This document shows, piece by piece, positions 27,926 through 41,362 of a DNA stretch of 64,000 nt (position 1 is the first letter of the stretch; each line of letters opens with the position of its first letter). The notes beneath the pieces are model-generated. The model searched no databases. It had not been told where the DNA came from and saw nothing but the letters and a program-made list of their open reading frames with translations. The stretch covers positions 199,702,001-199,766,000 of the forward strand of contig OX597815.1 in NCBI GenBank assembly GCA_951406725.2. The letters are read 5' to 3'. Position numbers and translations under genes: made by a program. The DNA is from Octopus vulgaris. Its lineage: Eukaryota.

Positions 27926-28255
27926 GAAGGCGCTTGGCTTAGTGGTTAGAGTAATCGGCTCGCGATCGTAGGTCGTGAGTTCGAATCCCGGCGGTGCCTT
28001 GTGTCCTTGAGCAAGACACTTTATTTCACGTTGCTCCAGTCCACTCAGCTGACAAAAATGAGTAGTACCTGTATTTCAAGGGGGGGGGGTCAGGATTATG
28101 ACACTCTGCGTCACGCTGAATCTCCCTGAGAAGTATGTGAAGTGGTACACGTGTCTGTGGAGTGCTCAGCCACTTGCTTGTTAATCTCACGAGCAAGCTG
28201 TTCCGTTGATCGGCATCAACTAGAACCCTCGTCGTCGTAAGCGACGGAGTACCAG
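27926..28255 (+). mobile_element. Chimeric SINE: head D + tail C
   Basis: 5' half matches 1021-1168; 3' half from gtacctgtatttcaa matches the family C tail. Confidence 0.85.
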
Positions 28256-28340
28256 TATGCACAATGCGCGGCTCTTCTTTCTTTTTCGCCTCTCTATATA
28301 ACTTCTTTTCACTCTCTCTGTCTATTTCTTTCCTACACAC

Positions 28341-28404
<64 letters not shown>

Positions 28405-29004
28405 CCACACGCATATCCATTCACACACATAAGCATCCATACGTACCGTGGTTTACGAACGAGTCCTCGTTCAAAACAGAATTGTACCTAATAAACTTAC
28501 CTTGAATCGGTTTAAATTTCAGTCGATTACTTTAAAGATTTAAATGCATATCTAATTTTTTTCTTTCTTAATCTATCTATCAGTCTGCCTTTGTATCTCT
28601 GTTTATCTACTTGCATTTAATCTAAATATACAGACGACATTTTGTTTATATTTTCCCAACTGTATTTAAACACACGGAGGTGAACCATGCTTAATTTTAT
28701 TGTATTTATATTTGAATTTTATTACAAAACACACTGTGTTTTCTTTTAGAATCTTATTCACTTCTTCAATGTACGTCTTTACTTTCATCGTCTTCGATTT
28801 TATTTTTTTTAAAGTTTCTTTTATTTATGCAAAGTTGTAAACAGAATAAAAGCAGGATATAGGAACTATTGGAGTATTAGTTCGTGTTTAAACATGTATC
28901 CAGACTTAGAAAATAATTGTCTTTTCCAAGTAGTAATTAAATTGTTTTATCCATCTATCTAACTATGTATCTGCATATAAATAAAGTAATAAATAAATAA
29001 GTAA

Positions 29005-29010
29005 ATATAT

Positions 29011-29044
<34 letters not shown>

Positions 29045-29068
29045 ATATGTATATGTATATATGTCTAT

Positions 29069-29102
<34 letters not shown>

Positions 29103-29281
29103 GTATGTATATATGTATATATATATGTGTATATATGTGTATATATATAAATATATATATATATATACATATATACATATATGTATATATATATATATAC
29201 ATACACACATACATATATATATATATATATACATACACACATACATATATAGATATATATGTATATATATATGTATATATG

Positions 29282-29317
<36 letters not shown>

Positions 29318-29335
29318 CATAAATACATATATACA

Positions 29336-29383
<48 letters not shown>

Positions 29384-29479
29384 CACACATACATACATAG
29401 ATATATATGTATATATATACATATATATGTATGTATGCTTGTATTTACATATTTATATGTACGTGTGTGTGTCTGTATG

Positions 29480-29519
<40 letters not shown>

Positions 29520-29567
29520 TTCATATACACATATACAAATACACACGCATATATGTATACATATATG

Positions 29568-29616
<49 letters not shown>

Positions 29617-29620
29617 ATAT
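29005..29620. repeat. Compound TA/TG/CA microsatellite
   Basis: Read directly from the sequence. Confidence 0.97.
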
Positions 29621-29793
29621 ATGCACACACACACACCCACACATCAGCTCAAGCACATTCACTCACACACAATTCAAACACATTCATAGAATTTACTTAC
29701 ATTCTCACATACACACATGAAAGTACATACACATGTACACAAATATAACATATATATATGTACGTACGGGTATATTTACACAAACAAATACAT

Positions 29794-29847
<54 letters not shown>

Positions 29848-30065
29848 GTTCATATCTTGGGTGCGTGTGTGTGTGTCCTTTTAATGTTTATAAAAAACAC
29901 AAACTTAAGAAAGTATACTTATCTTGTTACGCAATACCCAACCTGAAACCAAAATAAAAAAATGTCTCCATCACCAAACAGCAGCGGTTTTCTTGTTTTG
30001 CTTCTCTATTCTTCAGATGTCATATCAGATTTCTTGGCTTTCATGTTTTTTTATTTGGTTTCCAT

Positions 30066-30133
30066 AGTATTAGTATTATTATTATTATTATTGTTATTAT
30101 TATTGTTATTATTATTATTATTATTACAATTAC

Positions 30134-30223
<90 letters not shown>

Positions 30224-30307
30224 TATTATTATTATTATTATCATGATTATTATTATTATTACTATTACTATTACTATTATTATTATTATTATTACTATTA
30301 CTATTAC

Positions 30308-30397
<90 letters not shown>

Positions 30398-30406
30398 TAC
30401 TATTAC

Positions 30407-30487
<81 letters not shown>

Positions 30488-30514
30488 TACTATTATTATT
30501 ATTATTATTATTAC

Positions 30515-30550
<36 letters not shown>

Positions 30551-31032
30551 TACTATTACTATTATTATTATTATTATTACTATTACTATTACTATTATTA
30601 TTATTATTACTATTACTATTACTATTATTATTATTATTATTACTATTACTATTACTATTATTATTATTACTACTATTACTATTACTATTATTATTATTAT
30701 TATTATTACTATTACTATTACTATTATTATTATTATTATTACTATTACTATTACTATTATTATCATGATAATTATTATTATTACTATTACTATTACTATT
30801 ATTATTATTATTATTATTACTATTACTATTACTATTATTATTATTACTATTACTATTATTATTATTATTATTATTACTATTATTATTATTATCATGATTA
30901 TTATTATTATTACTATTACTATTACTATTATTATTATTATTATTATTACTATTATTATTACTATTACTATTACTATTATTATTATTATTATTACTATTAC
31001 TATTACTATTAATATTATTATTATTATTATTA

Positions 31033-31077
<45 letters not shown>

Positions 31078-31136
31078 TACTATTATCATTATTATTATTA
31101 TTATTAGTATTATTTTATTATTATTATTACTATTAC

Positions 31137-31230
<94 letters not shown>
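30066..31230. repeat. (TTA/TAC)n trinucleotide array ending in (GTA)n
   Basis: Read directly from the sequence. Confidence 0.98.
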
Positions 31231-31430
31231 TGATGCTGCAGCAACGGTAGCAGCAGCAGCGGCAGCAGTAGTCTGTGCTGTCTTTGTTTTTAGCGCTATA
31301 GAAGATTTGGTTACCATTTGTTTTACTGTGTAGAAATTAGCATAAGGCAGGGACACATTCGTAAGCACATGTTTATCTCTCTCCACATCCTCTCCACATA
31401 TGTGTGTATGTATGTATGTATGTATGTATG

Positions 31431-31461
<31 letters not shown>

Positions 31462-31482
31462 GTATGTATGTATGTAAGTATG

Positions 31483-31514
<32 letters not shown>

Positions 31515-31614
31515 GTTAATCCAAACATGTAAACACAAAGAGAAAGCACAACAACGCGAGGACGTGGAACAAATATAGTATTATTGGACGCTCAGGAAAG
31601 AAGGGAAAAAGGAG

Positions 31615-31650
31615 GGATTAACGTTTCGAGCGGAGCTCTTCGTCGGAAAC
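31615..31650 (-). ncRNA. Minimal hammerhead-like motif with variant core, in a short element (about 31532-31727)
   Basis: gttt-CCGACGA-a-gagc tcc gctc-GAAA-cg-TT-aatc; shares ttcctgagcg downstream with the 50510 element. Confidence 0.6.
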
Positions 31651-31764
31651 ATAGGAGAAGGAAAGATCCAGAGAAGGGAAGACAGAGGGAAAAAAATCGC
31701 CAACGGTACACACGAGGTCACATTTTGAAAGACCGGAAGGAAGTAAGTAAGTATGTATGTGTGT

Positions 31765-31935
31765 GCAACTGTGTGGCATGAAACCTGCTTCCCAATAGCA
31801 TGATCCAGAGTTCAATGCCACTGCATGGTACCTTGAGTAAGTATCGTATCTTGTACTATAGCCTCGGTCCAACCAAAGCCCTGTGAGTGGATTTGGTAGA
31901 CGGAAACTGAAAGAAGCCCGTCGTTTACGTATGTA

Positions 31936-31998
<63 letters not shown>

Positions 31999-32493
31999 GC
32001 GTTTGTATATATGCATATATATGTGTGTGTATGTGTGAGTGCGTGTTTGTGTGCGTGTGTGCTTGTGTATTTATTCCCCCACCCAGTACCGCTTGATGAC
32101 TGGTGTTGGTGCGTTTACGTCTCCGCAACTTAGCGGTTCGGCAAAGAACTCGATTGAATAAGCACCATGTTTAACAAAAATAAAAAAAAAAGTACTAGGG
32201 TCCGTTCATTCGACTAAAAATTCTTCAAGGCGGTGCTCCAGCATGGCCACTGTCTAATAAATGATACAAGTAAAAGATATACTCTTTTACTCTTTTACTT
32301 GTTTTAGTCATTTGACTCTGGCAATGCTGGAGCACCGCATTTAGCCGAGCAAATCGACCCCAGGACTTATTCTTTGCAAGTCTAGTTCTTATTCTATCGG
32401 TGTCTTTTGCCGAACCGCTAAGTTTCGGAGACGTAAACACACCAGCATCGGTTGTCAAGCGATGTTGGGGGGGGGACTAACGCAGACATACAA

Positions 32494-32578
<85 letters not shown>

Positions 32579-32620
32579 CACACACACACACATGCACACA
32601 CACTCAGACACACACACACA
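31765..32620. mobile_element. Two family B SINEs tail to tail (+ 31765-32275, - 32280-32620)
   Basis: Family homology in opposite orientations. Confidence 0.85.
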
Positions 32621-32808
32621 CACGCACACCAACGTCAAGTTGTTGGTACAAGTGAGCATAAAGATTTTATCACAATAAAGAAATCATTTATTCAGGGTGT
32701 TCGGCAAGGAATTGCAGAACTGTGTTTCTTGGACTACGAAAGACCACCATCGTGTGTGTATGTGTGTGTGTGTGTGTGCGTGTGTATGTATGCATATATA
32801 TGTGTGTT

Positions 32809-32878
<70 letters not shown>

Positions 32879-33659
32879 CGTTGGCGTGCCCTGCATACGG
32901 CTACATTAACTTGAATCATTTCGCACTTACGTTAATTGTGATTTTGCCCTTATGGAAAATGGATTGCATTTGATCAATTTAAAACTTAAACTCTTTTGTC
33001 TACCACAAGACCGCTTCTCGGTGTTTTGGTTAAGATCAAAGCATAGTTAACAGTTTGAAAACTACAATAATTACAAACACACACATACACACACGCGCGC
33101 ACACATACATATATGAGTATGATATATGTGTGCATGAATTACGTTTAAGGAATGTGAGGTATAATTTCTTACATGTGGGTGTGCTTTTCTGTATTTTTTG
33201 TGTATGAATCAGTATGTATCTATAATAAGATTATCTGCGTGATAAAAATGTCTGTAGCTACATACGTTGTATGTCAACACAACGAAGTGTATGAATGTGC
33301 GTTTGAGAGATAAAATGTAGAAAATGAGAAAGAGTGAGAGTGAGAGAGAGAGAGAGTAAGTGAGCGAGTGAGAGAGAGTGTGAGTGTGAGAGAGAAAGAG
33401 TGAAAGAGAGAGAGTGAGAGAGTACAATACAGAATTCCTATGGTTTCAAATCAATGGTGCGAACCGTGTAACCCTTGACGTACCAGTAATCATACAACAC
33501 TTCCTTCCACCTCAGTCCTTTTCATTTCTACCTTTACATGCATAGGAATTAGACGACAATGTTTTAGTTTCACAAAGAAGTACATTCTTTTTGCTATATT
33601 CAATAATGGTTGATCGCCGCCACTGTTGAATTTACTTACATCAAATTGTAGCAGCGCCA

Positions 33660-34120
33660 AAGGGAACCGCAACGTGATAACAATAAATATTAAACTTGAT
33701 ATTTTGAAAAGGCTTGATGGAAGAGAAAATAACTAGCCACATTGCCAAAACATTAAATTTTACATCATTTACAGATAGAAGGACGTGTATGAAAATTAAG
33801 TCAAATGCTTAAGAAACTTCTACGTTAACTATCTAAACCTTATGTTTCCACTGATCTAATGTGATGCTTAAAATGGAAAAGTCTTCGAGTGGATGTTTCG
33901 AGGATCTGATTCGAGGTAATGTGCCTAGGGGTTCGATGGTAATAGCCAAAAGTTTGTATGACGATTCGCAGACAAGGGTAAGTGGAACTTTAAAAGAAAA
34001 GCTTTTTCGTTGGTAGTAAAGCCTGCTCCGAAAAATTTAAGAAGCGCTTGAATTTCCAGAATCTAAAGTTGACTGGTAAAGCTGCCAGTTCAGATACAAA
34101 GGCTGCTACTAGTTATCTCA
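33660..34120 (+). pseudogene. Tigger/pogo transposase N-terminal relic
   Basis: RNVITINIKLDILKRLD; MEKSSSGCFEDLIRGNVP..IAKSLYDD; FVGSKACSEKFKKRLNFQNLKLTGKAASSD (CENP-B-type HTH). Confidence 0.8.
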
Positions 34121-34187
34121 ATATAATTCTTATATTAGACCAGGTCACTTTACTTCTCATTAATTACAGTTTCATACTCAGAGGCAA

Positions 34188-34238
34188 CCCTTCTGACGAA
34201 GATTCAGAGCTTCGGTACTTTGAAATTATATAACAGGA
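34188..34238 (+). ncRNA. Possible decayed hammerhead upstream of (TA)n
   Basis: CTGACGA at 34193 and GAAA at 34222; weak stems. Confidence 0.35.
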
Positions 34239-34289
34239 ATGTACTTTATCACCGGTACGGAGTTCATTCTTCAAACACAACCTCATGAC

Positions 34290-34355
<66 letters not shown>

Positions 34356-34509
34356 TATATATATATAGATATATATGTATGTGTGTGTGTGTGTTCTACT
34401 TCTTTTTGATGTCCTGTACCCATATATGCATGTATATATACATATATATGTAGGTATGTACATATATGTATGTATATATATACATATATATATATTTAAT
34501 GCATGTATG

Positions 34510-34573
<64 letters not shown>

Positions 34574-34883
34574 CAACATATGTTTGTGTGTATGTATGTA
34601 TATGCGCCCACAGGAATATACTCCTTCTGGTAGTGAGCGATAATTGTTAATATAAAATCGAAAAATAAATTGTTTCATCATCGGGGATTTCATGAAACAA
34701 AACTCTCTCTGTTCTGCACTTTATCATACTTACGTGTACATACATAGAAATAAGCATATATATATATATATACACATATATACATACACAAATACACACA
34801 CACATATATATATATACATACATAAATATATATATATGTATATATATATATTAATACATGTATATACATGTATATATATGTGA

Positions 34884-34930
<47 letters not shown>

Positions 34931-35245
34931 CGAGTGTGTATATATATATGACTATTATTATTATCATTAGCCAAATTTCCATGCCATTAGCCCCTTATCG
35001 CTGTATATTTTTTGTTTTACTTCTGTGTCCACGAGGGAAATTTAAATGAATAATGAATTTATGATGTATGGTGCACAATACGTTCTCTATTATATTATTC
35101 AATTTCCTGCGACCGATTTCTTTGCTTTATCTTCCCACAGTTCTTTTCGTTTTAATTATGCAAATTACTCTTTGGTTGGACATACTAAAAGCTCTTCCAA
35201 TAAATATTAAATTGTTCTTCTGTGTTTGGTGGCGAGTGTTGCTAC

Positions 35246-35290
35246 ACTATTCTGATGAGACCGCACAGAAATAGAAACGCATCGGTTGCT
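35246..35290 (+). ncRNA. Decayed minimal hammerhead
   Basis: CTGATGA-gacc...-GAAA-cgca-TC (canonical form GAAACGCGUC); stem II lost. Confidence 0.45.
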
Positions 35291-35429
35291 CTCTTTCGTC
35301 TCTGAAATAAAGATCGGATTATCCCTTTTCCCCCAGTGTGTTAATTCAGCTCTCGAAATATTCGTGTTTTTGTTGAAATTATGGCGACTTCTGATTCAGT
35401 GTTGCGAATATTTATCGCATATAGAGAGA

Positions 35430-36790
35430 TATAAACGATGTACTTAATTTACATTCCTTAAAAGAGGTAGATTGTTGGTCAGATAATGCACTTGTGAGAG
35501 GCAAAATTTTAAATGATAATACATCATAGGTGTAGACGGTTTTACAATAAAAAAATAATAAATAAAATATAAATGCGCCCTTTTTAAAGCCTAGCCAGGC
35601 TCATGGGCCCGGTTTTCCGGTTTCTATGGCGTATGTGTTCCCCAGCTGAACGAAACGCCAGTCCATCGCAGCGTTACTCATTTTTGCCAGCTGAGTGGAC
35701 TGGAGCAACGTGAAATGAAGTGTTTTGCTCAAGAACACAACGCGTCACCCGGTCCAGGAATTGAAACCACAATCTTACGATCAGGGTGTTGACACCCTAA
35801 TCACTAAGCCACGCGCCTCCACCACAGTAAATAAAACTCTACCAAAACGTATTAATGTAGGAAATATTGAATGTCCTGATGTACAGGACGTTTGCCAGGG
35901 ACATCTTTCATCAATTCAGGATTCATCTTCATGGGTCGAACTACAAAAACAATTTATAGGATATCTCTTCTGAATGCTTTGGTTTTCAACAAGCTGACAA
36001 TAGGGATTGGTTTAATGAAAATCATACAGAGATAACTCTACTACGTGAGCATAAGCCAGCACTCAAAAAGAAAATCACTTCTTCAGAATAATTCATCCTT
36101 TATTAGGCGCAAAAAGATACAAGATGAGCTAAAACGAATTAAAGCAAAGGTACAGAGAGAAATAAGAAGCATGAAAGAAAATTGGTGAAAAGATTTGTCA
36201 AAAGATATTCAATCAGCTGCTGATTGCCATGGTGCTAAAAAAGTTTTATACTCTCATAAAAAAATGAATATGGTGCTAAACCTGCAAGAATTCTACTTTT
36301 ATACAAGAGCAATGGAGAAATATTCTTTACATCAATAGAAGTTATTGTAAAACTATTGAAGGAGCTTTTTTCTAACTTATTTATCCAAAATTGTAATACC
36401 AGTGATGATCCCGGCTCCAATCTTCAGTAAATGCCAATAATTTATTCCTTCAGTTGAAGAGGTTCAGATCTCGATTAGCAAATTTAATCCTGGATAAGTA
36501 CCACAAATAGATGGGATCGCAGCAGAGATTAGCCAGTTTGGAGATTACCATATTACAAAATTAATGCATAAAATAATTTTTCATAAGCTTGGTGTGATGG
36601 TGTTATAATCACGAAGTATAGTGGGGGAAAAAGAAGCAGGGAATAAATGTGAACATTCAAGAAGGGTCACACTCTTATCCTCTTCCGGCAAAGTACTTGC
36701 TGGGGTTCTCTTTGCACGATTAAACGATAAGATTTCATCAAATGTTCCCCTAAAATTCCAATGAGGTTGTAGACCAAATAAGGGGACCAT
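35430..36790 (+). pseudogene. RTE LINE fragment (end of APE domain, linker, start of RT), interrupted by a SINE
   Basis: DCWSDNALVRGK, PKRINV, DWFNEN, VQREIRSMKENW*, IQSAAD, VTLLSSSGKVLAGVLFARL, Q*GCRPNKGT. Confidence 0.8.
35571..35825 (-). mobile_element. SINE head D + tail X
   Basis: Reverse copy of 1021-1270. Confidence 0.88.
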
Positions 36791-36944
36791 AGTAAAAGAG
36801 TGTATGTCGTTCTTCTCAATGAGCAGGACTCTCCCATTGAAACAGACTGGATTTTATATGGGTTTCTGGGACAAAAGGAGATCGCAGGGGATTGATAGAT
36901 GCATCTGTACAGTTTTTTTTTTACTATTTTCTTCTTTTTAAAAT

Positions 36945-37161
36945 ATTGGTTTCATATTTTGGTACAAGGCCGGCAATTTCGAGTTAAGTGGTAAGTCGAT
37001 AGCATCGACACCAGTTTTCAACTGGTACTTATTTAATCAACTCAGAAAGGATGACAGGCGAAGATGACCTCGGCGGAAAACGGACTCAGAACGTGAAGAC
37101 GGACGAAATGCCGATAAGCATTTTGTCCGGTGTGATAACGATTCTGCCAGCTCACCGCCTT
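36945..37161 (-). mobile_element. SINE family A monomer
   Basis: Family homology; aaatat/ttttaaa flanks resemble a TSD. Confidence 0.85.
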
Positions 37162-37571
37162 CTTTTTAAAATATCTTGAAATCAAAAAAAATATTTAATC
37201 TAATATTATGATAAACTGTATCTTAAAGGCCACCACAACAATAACAATAATAACATTAACAAAAATGATAAACTTCGATATGTAAATAAATAAACAAAAC
37301 CGAATATTTACCACCTGTGCAGGTAAATTATAATTAGCAAAATTATATTTTAAAAGACATTGCCTTGCAGATGTTTCTATACGTGCATTGATGATGGCCA
37401 CAGGACTTGTCCCATTTGGTGTGTGTGTGTGTGTGTGTGTGTGCGTGAGAGAGAGAATTTTACATGCTGGAACGCTGTTAATTCTAGCTATGATTGTCAT
37501 TTGTTAAATCTCATAATCTATGCACGTGTGTAAACAGACATGTGTAAACTTGCACATTGAGAAATCAATAG

Positions 37572-37644
<73 letters not shown>

Positions 37645-38270
37645 ACTTGACGTTTCGCTTTGTGATCCAGAAAGCGAAACTACTGATGTAGGCAATGATC
37701 GCTGTTATAAAATGAAAGCAAAAATAATGTTCCCTAGTATAACTAAATTCAGCGATGAAATGAATCTGAGTGAATGTTTTTCTTTGGAAGTTGAATGTCG
37801 AGCTGATTGAAAGGAATTATGTTGTACGTGATATTTGTATTAATACGATGAACATTGAATATACAATTAACTGCCTTAGCATTGTTGGGATTAATTCATA
37901 ATTCATCAGCATTCTGTAATGAATCCATGCGTTTGGTGAATTGCTGCACCATGTTCGGATGGAAAAGCTTGAGGGTGGGTATTGTTGTAGGCAGGCATTA
38001 TCAAAGTATTAGATAAGATTCTTTCTTTTCTGGGTCTCATATCCCATTGCCTCGTCTCGTAAAGCTTTTGATTGATGGGCAGCATTTGGTTACAAACAAT
38101 ATGTTATGAAGCGACTTGATGTCGCTGGAGAAGCAATAGTTACACGGTGTGACTACTTTAGAGATGCATGCACTACGTGGTGTATCGACAATCCTATGCA
38201 GATTGGAGAAAGCAGATTAATCCGTTAGTTTTTAATCCGGCCATATCAGGTCCAAATATCTTTATATAGA

Positions 38271-38650
38271 AGCACTCCGTCGGTTACGATGACGAGGGTT
38301 CCGGTTGATCCGAATCAACGGAACAGCCTGCTCGTGAAATTAACGTGTAAGTGGCTGAGCACTCCACAGACACGTGTACCCTTAACGTAGTTCTCGGGGA
38401 TATTCAGCGTGACACAGAGAGTGACAAGGCCGGCCCTTTGAAATACAGGTACAACAGAAACAGGAAGTAAGAGTGGGAGAAAAAGTGATGAAAGAGTACA
38501 GCAGGGACCGCCACCACCCCCTGCCGGAGCCTCGTGGAGCTTTAGGTGTTTTCGCTCAATAAACACTCACAACGCCCGGTCTGGGAATCGAAACCGCGAT
38601 CCTATGACCGCGAGTCCGCTGCCCTAACCACTAGGCCATTGCACTTCCAC
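38271..38650 (-). mobile_element. SINE family C with TSD atctttatata
   Basis: TSD at 38258-38268 and 38651-38661. Confidence 0.92.
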
Positions 38651-38651
38651 A

Positions 38652-39048
38652 TCTTTATATATAAAAGTGAAGTTGTGTGTCTGTCTCCTACGATTTAGAT
38701 TCCTAACTACTCCCACATTTTGCGGTGCAGTTTAACTAAAACCGGGTATCTTATAGTCGTGATTCATATCGAGCCCTTCTGGGTATTAGCGCGCGTCTAC
38801 GATGAGTCTACGATTAAAAAAAAAATTACCATCATTTTTTTCCATTTTAATGCATTTTTTCGCTATTATATAAGGGAACTAACTCTCTAAAAATGTCTAC
38901 GATGAGTCAACGATGTAAAAAAAAAATTAACCATAATTTTTTTCCATTTTTAATTCATTTTTTTGCTATTTTTTGGCTATAACTCTCTAAAAATGCTTAT
39001 ATAGTTATTTCCCTTACAAACCCGAGCAACGCCGGGTGATACTGCTAG
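38652..39048 (+). mobile_element. Non-autonomous Helitron
   Basis: 5' TC, 3' hairpin cccgagcaacgccggg + CTAG, inserted between A and T; sister copy at 43506. Confidence 0.88.
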
Positions 39049-39934
39049 TTCTATCTATTGTATATTCAAAGCTGACCAGATCCGGCTTCTCACATCTACC
39101 CTACACTGTTATTGCATAAACAAACAATCACATCATTGAAATTTTAAAGCTATGAGATAATACATAATTAATTCAAAGCAATTTAAATAAATAAATATTA
39201 TATTTGACAGATTAATTTGAATGTTAAATGGTTATTAAATGTCTTCGGCAGTATTACTGTATCTAATTTTTATAGTTTAGTTTATTATTAAACAAAGAAA
39301 AATAAACTAAATTAAAAGAATTTTACAAAGAATTATATGTTATAATTACCATTTTGTTACATTAGGTTTGTATCACTTTATTTCCTTTCAAAGTAAACAG
39401 TTCTTTCATTTTCCCAGCTGAGTTTCGGGTAGATGACAACCACTGCTGACTTCAGTAGTTTTATTTTCTGGATCACAAAGCGAAACATCACCCTACTATC
39501 AATTAGAATATAAAAATAAATCTCAACTGGTAGCTACCGGGGTATATAAAAAGGAAAAAAATTATGTGCCGGAGTTTTGCCGAAGATGAATACTAAAGAC
39601 AGGGTCAATAGCTAAGGTTAAGCGGTGATGCGTCAAATATTGCTTGATGTGGGGTAGTGCTACGGTAGGCAATCACCCGTATGAAACTAGCATCTGGAAC
39701 TAAATTACATTGGGCTGATATTATGTGTACGTACATTAAAAAATGGGTGGGGATTGTATTGAGTCGCAGCAATGGAGCGTTGGAAAATTGTGAATAAAAG
39801 AAAATGGCGATAGTTGAAAACGTTTGAGAAACAATGCTCTGACGATCCAACCAATCTGGCGCCCTCATCTACAAAAAAAAAAAATAATAGATACAATATT
39901 ATTATTTTTCTTCTTGATTTCAACATTAAGAGTT

Positions 39935-40050
39935 ACACCACCACCACCACCACGACCACCACGACGACGACGACGACGACGACGACCACCACCACCACCA
40001 CCACCACCACCACCACCACCACCACAACGACAACAACAACAACAACAACA
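39935..40050. repeat. (CCA/CGA/CAA)n
   Basis: Read directly from the sequence. Confidence 0.95.
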
Positions 40051-40540
40051 CGAGCAGGAGCAGCAGCTACCCCCGACTTTCTACGCAACCGCTGAGCCTG
40101 GATGCGGATTCATTCATCCGTCGATGCTCTCGCTGTCGGGGGTTGACCTGCTTTCTCTTCTGTGGGTCTTACGAATAGCAACGGACCACGTTTCGGACTT
40201 CTCCCACTAATGGGACGAAGATCGCTTCGCTCAACAAACAAACAAACAAAGCAGCAGCAACAAAAACCAACATAGAAACCTACCTTACTCTTTGTAGCAA
40301 TGATCGTCCGCTGCATGAAACGAAAGCAGTTCTGCGCTTTGTAAGATAACTTTATTGTTGTTCGTATAGAGGTCTATATTTTATGACAAAAAAAATGCCA
40401 GTCATGTAGATTCTACTTATTATCTGACTTATTATTTATGCTTTAGATAATTTAATTTTTTCAATACAAACCAGTGTATAATTTTGTACATCTTCTTAGT
40501 GACTCTTCTATTACTGTTTCAGTAACTACGGTGAATGGTG

Positions 40541-40580
40541 TTTTCCTGATGAAGCCATTATAAGGCAGAACATGTTTTGA
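40541..40580 (+). ncRNA. Decayed minimal hammerhead (monomer 1)
   Basis: CTGATGA-a-gcc attataa ggc-AGAA-catg-TT. Confidence 0.55.
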
Positions 40581-40667
40581 ATTATTTCCCGTATTGCTGA
40601 AATAATATACAATAATATTCATTATTTTCACCTTACCGATAATATTTTTAACAAACTACTAATACAC

Positions 40668-41056
40668 CGTGTGGTAAGTAGCTTGATTACTAGCCTCATA
40701 GTTCCGGGTTCAGTCCCACTGCGTGGCACCTTCGGCAAGTGTCTTTTACTATAGCCTCGGGCTGATCAAAGCCTTGTGAGTGGATTTGGTAGACGGAAAC
40801 TGAAAGAAGCCTGTCGTATATATGTATATGTATATGCGTGTACGTGTGTGTGTTTGTGTGTCTGTGTTTGTCCCCCCAACATCGCTTGACAACCGATGCT
40901 GGTGTGTTTACGTCGCCGTAACTTAGCGGTTCGGCAAAAGAGATGGATAGAATAAGTACTAGGCTTACAAAGAATAAGTCCTGGGGTCGGTTTGCTAGAC
41001 TAAAGGCGGTGCTCCAGCATGGCCGCAATCAAATGACTGAAACAAGTAAAAGAGAA
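40668..41056 (+). mobile_element. SINE family B
   Basis: tRNA-like head with GGTTCAGTCCC, internal microsatellite, tail ggcggtgctccagcatggcc. Confidence 0.92.
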
Positions 41057-41195
41057 TAGTAACTTAACTATTTTATTATATGGATTGGAAATTATTTTCT
41101 AAATTTTACAAGCCATCTACACGAACTAATATCCAATCTTGTACATTTAATTAGTAATTCTTGAAGCGTATTTAAGCAATTACAAGGAGAGCCAC

Positions 41196-41242
41196 ACTTC
41201 ACTGATGAAGCCATCACAACAAGATCAAAACATGCCTGGAGT
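41196..41242 (+). ncRNA. Decayed minimal hammerhead (monomer 2)
   Basis: acttca-CTGATGA-a-gcc...-AAAA-catg-CC-tggagt; 6-bp stem I intact. Confidence 0.55.
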
Positions 41243-41362
41243 TGTCTCCCATACTTACTACCATAATTTCAATAATTTCTCGCCATTAAATATATTATCG
41301 TTCATTAAATATATTAACGCTAATTAAGCATGTACATTAGATCCGCTGCTATTTAAAAGGGT

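Larger units (their letters stand above)
38217..39234 (+). mobile_element. Short DNA element with TTAA-like ends (piggyBac-type MITE?), split by a Helitron
   Basis: Halves 38217-38258 and 39049-39234 are contiguous in the second copy at 63470-63585. Confidence 0.55.
37648..39490 (-). mobile_element. Decayed TIR element (mariner-like) hosting nested insertions
   Basis: 37648-37700 and 39437-39490 are imperfect inverted repeats (gtttcgctttgtgatccagaaa..aaactactga); internal RKNLI*YFDNACL resembles mariner HDNARPH. Confidence 0.5.

Noticed and set aside
30041-31196. 284-317 aa poly-Ile/Thr ORFs
   Set aside because: (TTA/TAC)n microsatellite with no complex sequence
40180-40215. Minus-strand gggagaagtccgaaac resembling the RNase P CR-I motif or a hammerhead 3' half
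   Set aside because: No P4 partner downstream and no CUGANGA upstream
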